DNA of 64,000 nt from Candidatus Latescibacterota bacterium. Its GTDB lineage: Bacteria; Latescibacterota; UBA2968; UBA8231. The position numbers were made by a program, and so were the translations under genes. A model generated the notes under the pieces. That model saw only the letters and a list, made by a program, of their open reading frames with translations. It searched no databases and was not told where the DNA came from. How positions within the stretch are numbered: the stretch's first letter is position 1; the number at the start of each line of letters is the position of its first letter. Shown here piece by piece: positions 29,334 to 39,222 of the stretch. The stretch covers positions 576,001 through 640,000 of the forward strand of contig OZ242005.1 in the NCBI GenBank assembly GCA_965204725.1, given 5' to 3'.

Positions 29334-31319
29334 CTACGGCGTCCGTTGTGCTTTGACCATCTGCAAAAAACGCGCCTCCTCTCCAACCTCGCCCCCCAAT
29401 AAGCGAGCGTATTCTCGCGCATCCTCCACCCGCCCCGCCCAAACCAATTCGGACGCCAACGCCTGAAACAAACTCAACGCATAGCGGCGGCGAAAATCCT
29501 CGGCCAAAAAAGCGCGTTCCAAATGCTTCAGGGCCAGATCGCGCTCGGCGAGCAGATGGTAGAGTTGGCCCTTGACAAAATCGACGAAAGGTGCGCCCAC
29601 GGCCGGATCGTGCGCGAGAAACCCCGCCTGCTTGAGCGCGGCCCGCACCTCAGCCCGCTGCTCGTCGGTAAGCACCCGCCCCTGCATCTCGATGCACCAC
29701 GCCCACTGCACAGCCGCCCACAACCCGCGCCGCGTAAACGGCACCTCGCGCCGCGCCGCCGCGTAGTAACGCTGCGCCCGCGCAAAATCCCGCTCGGTGA
29801 AGAGCCGATCCGCCACCGTCAGCGCCAACGGCCCCTGCTCCCCCTGCTGCATCCACTGCTCAACGCCGCGCCGTTCCCCCGGCGACAGCCGCTGGCCCTC
29901 CATGGCCGCCAATTGCTTGAGATAGCGCGCGTTGTGCCCATTGTACTGATGCAAGGGTGCTTGCGAGAGCATCGCCCCCATCTTGTTGTACGCGACCGCA
30001 CGCTCCACCGGCAGGTCGCCCAAGGCGCGCCGATACGCCTCCTCGCTTTGCAGCAATCCCACGTCAATGGGCTGCAACCGGGCGACGCTGTGGAGAAGGG
30101 TCCGCGCCAACAAAGCCTGCCCAGCGACCGAGAAGTGAACGTGATCCACCATCCACTCCCAACCCACGCCCGACGCGGGCGCAGCGGCCGCAAACGCCGC
30201 TTCCACATCCGCCAACGCGGCCCCGTGCTCGGCCGCGACCGCGCGAATCACCGCATTGTGCGCCGTGGGAGCGCGCCACGGCATGGTGTCCAAATCCCGC
30301 GCCCGGCGAAAAGCGCGTTGCGCCTGGGCATCCCGCCCCAAGCGCTCCAGTGCCCGGCCCTGCAAATAGCACAACCAAGCGTGTTCGCTCGAAAGGGCCG
30401 CCGCCTGCTCCAACTGCTGTAGCGCGGCCTCGGCATCCTCCGGCGCGACGTATCCCCGCGTCAGCAGCCGCGCCGCGTCCTCCACCCGCGCCTTCCACGC
30501 CGCGCCCCCCTCGGTCGAGCCAACCGGCGCGAATCCCGCGTCATTGGCGACCACCGTACACAGCACTAAGGGCACTTGCGCTCGCTCGCAGAGCCGCCCC
30601 ACGCGCCGCAAGTTGGCGCGCAAGTTTTGCTCGGCCGCCGCTCGACCGGGGCTGTGCAACGGCACCGCGCCGCGCCCGGCCGCCATTTTTATTAGATCCG
30701 TCTTGGCCCCAATGCCCCCTAGCAGGCCATCGAGCAAATGCGTCAAATGCAGTTGACGCCAAAAGTACTGTAGCCGCTGGTGCCGCCCCGCGCCGTACAA
30801 CCCGTAGAACTCGTTGTGCCCGGTATAGACGACGACCAGATCGGGCGACAGCGCCAACGCATCTTCCACCACGCGCGCCACCGCAAAGCTGGCAATGGAC
30901 GTGATGCCCAAATTGACGACCTCCACCGCTCGCTCCGGCCACGCATCCGCCAGCATCGCCTGCAAAAAGGACGCCGCGGCCAGACGCCGTGGATAGGGGA
31001 AACCCTGCACGGTTGAAGCACCGACAAAAACGACTCGGTAGCGGTTGGCCGGCGCAGGTTCGACAAAAAAGTGTTCTCCCATCTGACCCGCCGCGGTCAG
31101 CCGGCCCTTGTATTGGGTAAAAAACCGCTGGGCGTAAAACCGACTCGTCGCGTGCAGGGATTGGCCGGTCGCCTCGTCCTCGACCAAGGTTGCGACCAAA
31201 GGCGACGGCCCCAATCCCGGCACGAGCCGCAGCAGACCCTCGGCCCCGAGCACCAAGGCCGCGCCGACTCCCACCGTCGCCAAGCGAAAAAACCAGATCC
31301 TATTCGTCGCGGCCACCAC
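29334..31319 (-). CDS. SGNH/GDSL hydrolase-like protein with TPR-like repeats
   Basis: N-terminal TM helix, GASTVQG, VNLG, YTGHNEFYG, VDHVH; helical repeats; start estimated. Confidence 0.75.
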   Translation of the reverse strand: MVAATNRIWFFRLATVGVGAALVLGAEGLLRLVPGLGPSPLVATLVEDEATGQSLHATSRFYAQRFFTQYKGRLTAAGQMGEHFFVEPAPANRYRVVFVGASTVQGFPYPRRLAAASFLQAMLADAWPERAVEVVNLGITSIASFAVARVVEDALALSPDLVVVYTGHNEFYGLYGAGRHQRLQYFWRQLHLTHLLDGLLGGIGAKTDLIKMAAGRGAVPLHSPGRAAAEQNLRANLRRVGRLCERAQVPLVLCTVVANDAGFAPVGSTEGGAAWKARVEDAARLLTRGYVAPEDAEAALQQLEQAAALSSEHAWLCYLQGRALERLGRDAQAQRAFRRARDLDTMPWRAPTAHNAVIRAVAAEHGAALADVEAAFAAAAPASGVGWEWMVDHVHFSVAGQALLARTLLHSVARLQPIDVGLLQSEEAYRRALGDLPVERAVAYNKMGAMLSQAPLHQYNGHNARYLKQLAAMEGQRLSPGERRGVEQWMQQGEQGPLALTVADRLFTERDFARAQRYYAAARREVPFTRRGLWAAVQWAWCIEMQGRVLTDEQRAEVRAALKQAGFLAHDPAVGAPFVDFVKGQLYHLLAERDLALKHLERAFLAEDFRRRYALSLFQALASELVWAGRVEDAREYARLLGGEVGEEARFLQMVKAQRTP

Positions 31320-32997
31320 GCCTCGGCTTCTCCAGCATGGCCTGCACGCGCTCCAACGCCGCATCTATGTCCGCCCGCGGCGCGGCCACGGTCGCCTGTT
31401 CGAGCACCTCGACCGCCTGCTGATATTGCCCCAACCCCACATAGACGCCGGCCACGTTGCTCCACACATCGGCGCGTTCCCGCTCGCGTTCCAACACGTT
31501 CAAGAGGATGGGCAATGCGCCGGGCAAATCGCCGCGCAGTGCGCGCAACGAGCCGAGGTTGAACCAAGCCTGCCAATACGTCGAGTCGAGCCGGGTGGCC
31601 TGTTCGTATTTCAGCAGGGCCAACTCGCGGCGGCCTTGTTGCAGGTAAGCGTTGCCCAAGTCGTTGTACGTGGCGGCCCGGCCCCGCCGGTCCATCGGGG
31701 GCAGGTCCCAATTCACCGCCAGCACTAAGAGGGCGAGCAAAGCCGTCGGCCAAAGCACTTGACGCCCTTGACGCCATCTTGCGTACAGCCAGCTCCCCCC
31801 GTAAGCGGCGAACAGAATCAGCAGCGGCACGATCGGCAGGCGGTAGCGCGCTGCGACAAAAAAGGAGATCACCGCCAAGCTATAGCCGAGGACGAAAAGC
31901 ACCGGCAGAGAAAGGCCACGCCGCCGGATATGCACCATAAGGCCCAGCAGCGCGAGCGGGCTTATCAAGCCAAAGGGAAAGGCCACGCCCCACTTCCACA
32001 AAGTAGCAGCGAGAACGCTGGAATAGTTCCGCCAATAGTACATCTCTTGGTTGCGCTCTATTTCGTGGCCGCGCCAGAACTGGGCTGTTTTGGCGGCCAG
32101 CAATCCTATGTAATCGAGGGGGGTGTGCTGCATGTATTCGAGAGCCTGCCTATAAAAGAACCGGGATTTGGCCGACGGGCGGGTGATCCCTTCCCGCAGC
32201 GGCCAAGCCACCAGTTCCTCCCATTCCCACCCCGGGCGCAACGCGAGCGTCCGCTCGGTGTTGGCGTTGTTCCCTAGGTAGAAATTCACGCCGCCGTTGT
32301 ACGAGATCGGCACGATGTCGCCGCCGATGGCGTAATTTCTTAGGGTCGCAGGCGCAATCGCCAGCAGGGCACCCAGCACAAAAGGCGCGGTCGTTTTCCG
32401 CGACCGGTAGAACAGCCAGATAGCCACGCCTGGGATCAAAGACGCGAGGATCGCCGCGCTAAGCGAGGCAAGGCCCAGCGCGAAACCCGCGACCAGCGCA
32501 ACCCAGCGCGTCGGCCGCTCGACCGCACGCATTAACAGCAAGAGACTGACGAGGAAGAGAAACGTGGCCAGCCCAACCGGCAAGAGCCGGGCGTCAAAAT
32601 GGATCAGCGGCCCGTACCCCGCTGCAATGAGGCCGCCGCAGAACGCAACGCCGTGACCAAAAAGCCGCTGCCCGACCCAGTACAGCAACACACAAGTCAG
32701 GCTGCCGATTAGCGCCTGCGCCCAGCGGGCTGCGTAGTAAAAGGATTCTGGAAATGCGAGCTTGATTGAGCCGAGGAAATAAGGATAGAGCGGGGGTTGC
32801 CAAAACGGGCCTTGGCCGCGCCCCAACCAGTTGCCCGCGGCTAGGCGGGCGGCCTGCTCGGAGTAGGTGGTCGCATCGACCGCCGGCATGGTAAAAAGAG
32901 GACTGGCCGACATCTCAAACGCATGCACCACCCGCAGGCTCAACGCCAGACCAAAGACGATCCCCAAGGCCCAGCGCGGATGGCTGGCAATGGGCAT
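31300..32997 (-). CDS. GT39/ArnT-like (GT-C) membrane glycosyltransferase with C-terminal TPRs
   Basis: PFWQPPLYPYFL, NGGVNFYLGNN, FFVAARYRLP; TPRs YNDLGNAY and AWFNLG. Confidence 0.78.
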   Translation of the reverse strand: MPIASHPRWALGIVFGLALSLRVVHAFEMSASPLFTMPAVDATTYSEQAARLAAGNWLGRGQGPFWQPPLYPYFLGSIKLAFPESFYYAARWAQALIGSLTCVLLYWVGQRLFGHGVAFCGGLIAAGYGPLIHFDARLLPVGLATFLFLVSLLLLMRAVERPTRWVALVAGFALGLASLSAAILASLIPGVAIWLFYRSRKTTAPFVLGALLAIAPATLRNYAIGGDIVPISYNGGVNFYLGNNANTERTLALRPGWEWEELVAWPLREGITRPSAKSRFFYRQALEYMQHTPLDYIGLLAAKTAQFWRGHEIERNQEMYYWRNYSSVLAATLWKWGVAFPFGLISPLALLGLMVHIRRRGLSLPVLFVLGYSLAVISFFVAARYRLPIVPLLILFAAYGGSWLYARWRQGRQVLWPTALLALLVLAVNWDLPPMDRRGRAATYNDLGNAYLQQGRRELALLKYEQATRLDSTYWQAWFNLGSLRALRGDLPGALPILLNVLERERERADVWSNVAGVYVGLGQYQQAVEVLEQATVAAPRADIDAALERVQAMLEKPRRGGRDE

Positions 32998-33035
32998 CTG
33001 CTCACCTCGCAGCCCAGCGCGCTGGCTCCTCCCGC

Positions 33036-34190
33036 TCAATCCATGCGGTTGGCATTGATATAGTCCCAGTTATAAGCCATGCCCAGCCCCGGTTCTTGCG
33101 ATACGTGGACGAACCCTTCGTCGTCCATGGGATCGGCGATCTGATCGAGGTGAGGCGGGCTGGCATCGTACTCGCGCCCGGGGCGCAACAGCCCGCGCTC
33201 GTAGTAGCGGCAGGTGGCCTCCGGGGCGGCCGCGGCCAAGTGTACATGCGGCGCACCCACCCCGTGCAGCTCGCATTGCACGCCGTAGAGCTGGCACAAA
33301 TTGATCAGCTTCCAGCAGCCGGTGATGCCGCCGTAATTCACGTCGATGCGCAACATGTCGCAGGCCCCTTGCAACAGCCACTCGGCCCGCGCAAAGGGAC
33401 CGCCCTTGACGTGTTCGGGGGAACAGATAGCAATGGCGGTTTGCTGGGTCAAGCGGCGATAGGACTCCACCCGCGTCTCGACCATCGGATGCTCCAACCA
33501 GTAGTAATTGAGCACTTCCAATTCCCGCGCGACCCTCAGCGACTCTTCGAGGGTATAGACGCCGAATGGATCGAGCATCAGCACCACATCGTCGCCCACG
33601 GCCTCGCGCACCGCCCGACAGATCGCCATGTCCTCTTGGGGAAATCCCGGCAGTTGCGGCGCGGGTTCCCGCGTGTGCGGATTCCAGCAGATATTGGCAT
33701 GAACTTTGAAGGCTTTGTACCCGCGCTCAACACATGTGCGCGCCAACGCGGCGTACTCTTCGGGGCCGCCCAAGTTCGGGTAGGTGCTGGCGTATGCTTC
33801 GACCCTATCGCGGGTGCCGCCCAAGAGTTGGTACACCGGCATGCCTGCTTTTTGCCCGGCCAAGTCCCACAGCGCGCAATCGACAATCCCGAGCTCGTGT
33901 TCGGCGAGGCTGTGGCCAAACGTGGACATCTGGTCCATCCAGTGCCATAGCTTCTCGCGGTTTAGGGGATCCTCGCCGACGAGGAGGTTTTTGACGGGGC
34001 CTTCCATAGTCGCCTTGCTGCCGCCCAAGCTGTGCCCGACGACGCCCTCGTCAGTGGAAATTTGGGTGATCGCCCCGGTGCTTTCCACCTCTTCGTCGTC
34101 AATCCACACGCCGTAGCCCCAGCGCGACCCTGCACTGCGGCCGCGATGCTTGGTGCGAAAACGAATGACTTCAACATTGGTAATTTTCAT
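33036..34190 (-). CDS. Mandelate racemase/muconate lactonizing enzyme family protein
   Basis: VDCALWDLAG, YAS, KAFKVH, MLD, WLEHP, GGIT, PGLG. Confidence 0.88.
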   Translation of the reverse strand: MKITNVEVIRFRTKHRGRSAGSRWGYGVWIDDEEVESTGAITQISTDEGVVGHSLGGSKATMEGPVKNLLVGEDPLNREKLWHWMDQMSTFGHSLAEHELGIVDCALWDLAGQKAGMPVYQLLGGTRDRVEAYASTYPNLGGPEEYAALARTCVERGYKAFKVHANICWNPHTREPAPQLPGFPQEDMAICRAVREAVGDDVVLMLDPFGVYTLEESLRVARELEVLNYYWLEHPMVETRVESYRRLTQQTAIAICSPEHVKGGPFARAEWLLQGACDMLRIDVNYGGITGCWKLINLCQLYGVQCELHGVGAPHVHLAAAAPEATCRYYERGLLRPGREYDASPPHLDQIADPMDDEGFVHVSQEPGLGMAYNWDYINANRMD

Positions 34191-34257
34191 TTGGTCCTCC
34201 TCAGAAATGGATGAGAGATTTCATGTACCGGATAAAGGGACAGAACGCCCAAAAAAT

Positions 34258-34401
34258 TCAAACGGTACCACTACCTATTTTTTCGCTATTTGCGGACGTT
34301 ATTTTCTCGTCATTCCCGCGCAAGCGGGAATCCAGAGTCAGTTGATCCATTCGGTAGAAGTAAGGTAATGGGGATGTATCGACGCTACAGATTCTTGGCA
34401 T
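34258..34401 (-). pseudogene. Truncated DUF3368-type PIN toxin (first ~22 codons only)
   Basis: MPRICSVDTSPLPYFYRMDQL resembles the VxDTSPLxYL start of DUF3368; overlaps the UPF0175 3' end; runs into a dRS3-like repeat. Confidence 0.6.
34309..34335. repeat. dRS3-like palindromic repeat
   Basis: GTC-ATTCCC-gcgcaagc-GGGAAT-CCAG (ATTCCC-N8-GGGAAT). Confidence 0.85.
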
Positions 34402-34645
34402 GGAAGAAATCCTTTGCCAGTTCTTCCGGGGGTAGATTGATCGTCGATACTTGGTATGTCTTTAAGGCATCTAAAAACACAACGCGTTCCATACCCGCAA
34501 ATCGAGCGGCTTGCCCAGAAGACAGACTTCCGAGTTCAAACAGTTTGACAGCTATCAGCAGACGTCCTTTTTCGGCGAAGTGTCCAGGCGTTTCGCCGAG
34601 GGTTTGCAGAATATCATCTGGACACTCAAATGTGATTTTAGACAT
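34385..34645 (-). CDS. UPF0175 family protein (putative antitoxin)
   Basis: AVKLFELGSLSSGQAARFAGMERVVFL...EELAKD. Confidence 0.85.
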   Translation of the reverse strand: MSKITFECPDDILQTLGETPGHFAEKGRLLIAVKLFELGSLSSGQAARFAGMERVVFLDALKTYQVSTINLPPEELAKDFFHAKNL

Positions 34646-34667
34646 TATGCACTCCGTCTGGAAATTC

Positions 34668-36362
34668 TCATTGGGAAAACAACGTCTCGAGGCGGTCCTC
34701 ATATACCACAACCCGCGCTTCGTAGTCCCGCCGCAGCCCGCGCAGGAACTCGTCGGCCAAGCGGCTTTCCTCGGCGCGTTTCAACAGCGCCCGCGCCCGC
34801 TTCGCCGCTGTGTCGAAAGGCTCGGGCGCACTGCCGAAGTTCGACTCCAGCACCTTGAATACCGAATAGTACTCGCCGCCCCGCGGCATGGCCTCCGGGC
34901 CGACCACTTGGGCGGCCTGCGCCGTCACCGCTAGCGGGCCGTACAACCGGCCGACCTCGGCGTTGCGCACCGCGTCGATCAATTCTCGGTAGAAGGATTG
35001 TTCAAAGGCGTGGATGTGGAATTTGCCCTGCGCCCCTTTGCCGACGGCGCGCAAGGTGTGCTCGTCGGCGAGCGGGCCTATCGGCTCCCCTGCCTCGATC
35101 CGCTCCTTGAGCGCGGCGGCCTCGGCCCGGGTTCGCACCATGATCTCCTGCAGCGCGACCTCCTCCGGGGCGGTAAACAACTCGGGCCGCTCGTCGTATA
35201 GGTTTCTGACGGCCTCCGGCTCGATATGGACTTGGTCCTTGACCGCCGTCTGCCTAAGAGCCAAGAGTAACAGTGCGTCTTTGCGGCGCTGGTGCCAGCG
35301 CGCGATCGGCTCTTCGCGGTCCAAGCCCCTTTCTGTGGCCACGTGCAAAAACAAGGTGCGGGGCAGCAGCACGTCTTCGGCGAACCAGCGCACCGACTCG
35401 GCAATGTCGCCGGAAAAACCCATCTTCAACTCGTCAGCGTACTCCCAAAAATCGCCTACGGTGACCCGACCGCCGCGAAATTGAAAGAGCTCCTCGGCGC
35501 GTTCGGCCGCGGTGTACTCTCTCCGCCCGGCCGCGATCTGTTGCTGGAGCTGATGCAAGGTCGCGGCGTTGGCCTGCAAGTCGAGGTCGGTCCGCAGTTG
35601 CGCTAGGAATGCCTCTATCAGCGCGGTCGTCTTTTCCTCTCTCAGCTTGGCCTCCAGCGCATTGCTCGCCGTGGCAAAACTCACGGGCCGGGCGTGCATG
35701 ACTTGATAGATCCCAAACTGACCATTGGGCAAGTCAATCGGCTCTGAGTACTCGCCGACCGCGAGCGCGTTGATATACTGTTGCAGGTAAATCGGGATGC
35801 GGTTGGCAGTCAGATAGCCGTCGAGCTCCCCGCCGTGCGGCGCGGTCGATTGGTGCAGCGACCGGCTGAGCGCCAGTTCGGCGAAATCCCTCCCGTCAGC
35901 CAGACTTTGCCGAATTTGCTCGGCTTCTTGCTGCGTAGCCACGATGATCAGGCGCAGCTTAATCTCGCGCTCCTCGTCCGCGGCCTCGTAGGCCGCGCGC
36001 AGCTCCTGTTCACTGACGCGGACCTTGGCGAGGAATTCGCGCTCGAACAACAGCCGCAACACCCGCTCGGCCTTTTCCCGCCGCAGCTTCTGCGCCACCT
36101 CCGGCGCTTTGTCAAGCCCCCGGTTGAGCGCTTCTTGGAGGAAAATCTCCTTGTCGATAATCGTCTGTAAATAGTCGCGGTAGCCGTCCAAACCGGACTT
36201 CTTGGTCTTTAGCTGCTCTGGCAAGCGCTGTTCAAAGTCGATCAGTTGAGAGGCCGTTATCCGGCGGTCGCCCACTTGGGCCAAAACCGGATCTTCGAGT
36301 TCCTCAGCATCCTTTGCACAACCAGCGAGGACCAAGCCGACGCCCAAAAGTATCAGATTCAT
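34668..36362 (-). CDS. SurA/PrsA-like parvulin PPIase lipoprotein (two PpiC domains)
   Basis: Lipobox LAGC, VLAQVG..IT, GRDFAELA..S....GGEL, second EIMV...EA...GE domain. Confidence 0.82.
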   Translation of the reverse strand: MNLILLGVGLVLAGCAKDAEELEDPVLAQVGDRRITASQLIDFEQRLPEQLKTKKSGLDGYRDYLQTIIDKEIFLQEALNRGLDKAPEVAQKLRREKAERVLRLLFEREFLAKVRVSEQELRAAYEAADEEREIKLRLIIVATQQEAEQIRQSLADGRDFAELALSRSLHQSTAPHGGELDGYLTANRIPIYLQQYINALAVGEYSEPIDLPNGQFGIYQVMHARPVSFATASNALEAKLREEKTTALIEAFLAQLRTDLDLQANAATLHQLQQQIAAGRREYTAAERAEELFQFRGGRVTVGDFWEYADELKMGFSGDIAESVRWFAEDVLLPRTLFLHVATERGLDREEPIARWHQRRKDALLLLALRQTAVKDQVHIEPEAVRNLYDERPELFTAPEEVALQEIMVRTRAEAAALKERIEAGEPIGPLADEHTLRAVGKGAQGKFHIHAFEQSFYRELIDAVRNAEVGRLYGPLAVTAQAAQVVGPEAMPRGGEYYSVFKVLESNFGSAPEPFDTAAKRARALLKRAEESRLADEFLRGLRRDYEARVVVYEDRLETLFSQ

Positions 36363-36390
36363 TTTATTGTACCTTATCTACGGCTTGGCC

Positions 36391-39222
36391 CTAGCGGACG
36401 CTGCCATATACCGTCACGAAGGAAAGCGCGCCCGTCTCCCGCGCACTCGGTTGTTCAAAGCGCTCTAGACGACGTCGGCTCAGCCTAAGCCCCATCAGGG
36501 TTTGCAGGGTATAGCCCAGATACGGCTTGTCGATGGAAAACTGCACGGCGAGCGAGGTCTCGGCGAAATCCCCGGTCACATCGCCAGCGCGCAAACCACC
36601 GGCGGCCGTCTCAGCTTGGACAAAATCGCGGAAAATTAGGTGCTCGACTCCTACCTGCAACAACACGCTGTTCAAAAAGGGGCGTCGCACCAACAGCGAA
36701 AAAATCCCGCTCCAGTCTTGGCGCTCGGCAGCCGCGGCGTTGGTTAGGCGGCCAATGTTATAGGGCGTGTCGTCCATGAAAAGTTCGTGCTTGAAGCGCG
36801 GTTGCACCGCCAGCCGGCCCAGCGAAAACTGGTAGTCAAAGCGGTTGATCAGCCCCAGCCGCCGCGTGGTGCGGGCGATTTTGCGACCGGTGCGATCGCG
36901 GGCCTCGGCGTCGCGCTGCCGAATGAATTCGTGGATGAGCTTGCCCTCGCTATGGATGCCCCGGTAGGGCTTGCTGGTAAAACCAGCCCACAGCCGGTTG
37001 ACGACCGCGTCGCGCATGGCCAGCGGGTCTGCGATGGGCTGCATCGCCCCAGACGAGTTTAGCGGCCGGCCCAGCTCGGGCCGCGCCGTCACCCATTGAA
37101 CCACGTCGTCGGCAATATCGTCCTGCACCACCTTGAACACGTTGTAGAAAGCCGCATTGCCCAGCCGGGGGAAATCGCGCTCGTAGGCCAGCAGGGCGTA
37201 GCGGGTCAGGTTGTTTTCGCCCGTCGATAGGCGCTGAACGTGCTCTTGCCCGGCCATCCACTTCAAGGCCGGCGTCAGCCACGCCCCCAAGTAGGCGTTG
37301 TACCCGCGCCGGTCGCGCTTATAGGGGTAATCCGGCTCGTCGTCGTTTTCAAAGCGCTCGCCCCAACCATTGTTGTTCAAATCGAGGGCAAAGACGAATT
37401 CTGGGCGATCGACGTAGTGGCGCAAAAACTGCTCCTCGTAATCGGGCATGAAGTTCGGGCGCACGGACGTGTTGTTCTGGTTGAAATCGGAAATGAAGTC
37501 GTTGTTCTCGTCGAGCCCGGGGAACACCGCCTCGTCGGCCCAGCCCTCCTTGTCGCGCCGTTGGTCGAGGCGGATGTCGTTGTCGTCGTTGTCGTCGACC
37601 AAGTCGTAGATAAATTCCGACCGCGCCTCTTCGTCGTCGCCGTAGTTGATCCGCCCGCCCTGATCGACGAGGAACGATGTGGTATTGTACTCGGCGTCCA
37701 TGCCAAACGCCTCGCCGAAGAAGAAGAAGGGATGCAATTCTTTGGCGACGTTGATCATCCAGCCCGTCGCTGACTCGTCCCCCAACACGCCGGACGCGCT
37801 GCGGTGGGTCGAGCGCGTGATATTGGGGTACTGCCGGAACTGGTGGTTGACATTGTACTCGGCGTACAGCCGAAAACCCGCCCAATCGCTGACCTCAAAG
37901 CTGAAGCCAAAAACCTGAGTCGCGGTCGGCAAACCGTAGTCGAAAACAACCCACTGCTGATTGGAGTTGTCGCGGACATTGTCGGCCGCCCGCACTACGG
38001 TTAAGAACTTGGATTGGGCACCCAACGGCTCGTTGTCGGTCTGGACATCCGAGGTGACGGCGACCCGGTAATCGTTGTTGAGCAGGAAGCGGAACCGCAC
38101 CGCAGTGATGTTGTTGACCAAGTCGGCGTCGTCGATGAGGTCTTCCAACGCCGCCACGGCCGGGGCCTCCGCGGAAAAATTGTACCGATAGGTGAGCGCG
38201 CCCTCGCTGCCCGCTCCTTCGGCCACGGGAAAGCCATTGCGCGTGGTGCCCCCTTCCACCTGCGGCTGAAAGCCGATTTGGCTGCCGACCAGCACGGTGT
38301 CGCGGCCGCCGATTTGGGTATGGACTTCGATGTCGCGGTCAAAAACCATCGGGCCGCCCACGCCGTCCTCGGGCGAGTCGTCGGTTATGCGGACGATGAT
38401 CCAGTTGATGCGGTTCTCCAGTTGACCATTGGTCAGCTTGCCCTTGAAGGGGTTGCCGCCGCGGTCAGCTTGCGCCCGGCCGTTGTGGGCGTTGACAAAG
38501 GTCGCGCCCAAGCGCACGGCGTTGAGGGCCTTCCATTCGCTCCTGAAGCCGAGCAAATTGGTAAAGTTTTCCGTGACGACCGGGACGCGCACCCCCGGCG
38601 CGATCTGATCCACCGGCAGGCTAATCCGCGCCATCAGCACAGTCGCGGCCAAGCGATCGGCCGCATAGTCGAATTGCACCCCGTTGAAGCGGGTTTTGCG
38701 GAACGTCATCGGCGTCAACGTGGTGTTGATCAAGTCGCCGATGGTCACCCCCAAATAGTGCTGGCCCTTGGCGTCGGTGGCGATGAGCAGGTTGCTAAAC
38801 CACGAGTTGTAGCGGCCGTCCGGCTTGAGCAGGCCCGAGCCCCCCGAGCTGGTCGGCTGCCGCTGCCGCCAGTCGTACACCAGCCAACCCTTGGTTAAAT
38901 AGCGGCCGTACAGGTCGTAGAAATAATCGCCTTCCTGCGCGGGCGAAAAATAGCGCCGGTAGGGCGTCTGGGCGTAGTTGGTGTACTCCCACTGCCAGCG
39001 GTATTCCGGGGCCATTTCCTGCGGCATGTACCAGCGCTTCAACGCGGGGACCAACGCCGCCTGCTGCGTGAGCGGCCCGGTGGCGTAGTAGGAAACCCGG
39101 TCCGCCTCGTTGATCCCCAAGCGGTTGCCGTAGTCGGGCTGGGCACTCGCCGGCGTCAGCCCGGCCAACAAGCAAACCACCGCCCACCTAATGCGCGGCC
39201 CCTTGGTCGAATCGCGTCGCAT
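36391..39222 (-). CDS. Secreted ~940-aa protein, probable outer-membrane beta-barrel with Ca-binding motifs (paralog B)
   Basis: Signal peptide; DDNDDND, DENNDFISDFNQN, DLNNNGW; amphipathic strands at the C-terminus; paralogous to 39222-42020. Confidence 0.65.
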   Translation of the reverse strand: MRRDSTKGPRIRWAVVCLLAGLTPASAQPDYGNRLGINEADRVSYYATGPLTQQAALVPALKRWYMPQEMAPEYRWQWEYTNYAQTPYRRYFSPAQEGDYFYDLYGRYLTKGWLVYDWRQRQPTSSGGSGLLKPDGRYNSWFSNLLIATDAKGQHYLGVTIGDLINTTLTPMTFRKTRFNGVQFDYAADRLAATVLMARISLPVDQIAPGVRVPVVTENFTNLLGFRSEWKALNAVRLGATFVNAHNGRAQADRGGNPFKGKLTNGQLENRINWIIVRITDDSPEDGVGGPMVFDRDIEVHTQIGGRDTVLVGSQIGFQPQVEGGTTRNGFPVAEGAGSEGALTYRYNFSAEAPAVAALEDLIDDADLVNNITAVRFRFLLNNDYRVAVTSDVQTDNEPLGAQSKFLTVVRAADNVRDNSNQQWVVFDYGLPTATQVFGFSFEVSDWAGFRLYAEYNVNHQFRQYPNITRSTHRSASGVLGDESATGWMINVAKELHPFFFFGEAFGMDAEYNTTSFLVDQGGRINYGDDEEARSEFIYDLVDDNDDNDIRLDQRRDKEGWADEAVFPGLDENNDFISDFNQNNTSVRPNFMPDYEEQFLRHYVDRPEFVFALDLNNNGWGERFENDDEPDYPYKRDRRGYNAYLGAWLTPALKWMAGQEHVQRLSTGENNLTRYALLAYERDFPRLGNAAFYNVFKVVQDDIADDVVQWVTARPELGRPLNSSGAMQPIADPLAMRDAVVNRLWAGFTSKPYRGIHSEGKLIHEFIRQRDAEARDRTGRKIARTTRRLGLINRFDYQFSLGRLAVQPRFKHELFMDDTPYNIGRLTNAAAAERQDWSGIFSLLVRRPFLNSVLLQVGVEHLIFRDFVQAETAAGGLRAGDVTGDFAETSLAVQFSIDKPYLGYTLQTLMGLRLSRRRLERFEQPSARETGALSFVTVYGSVR

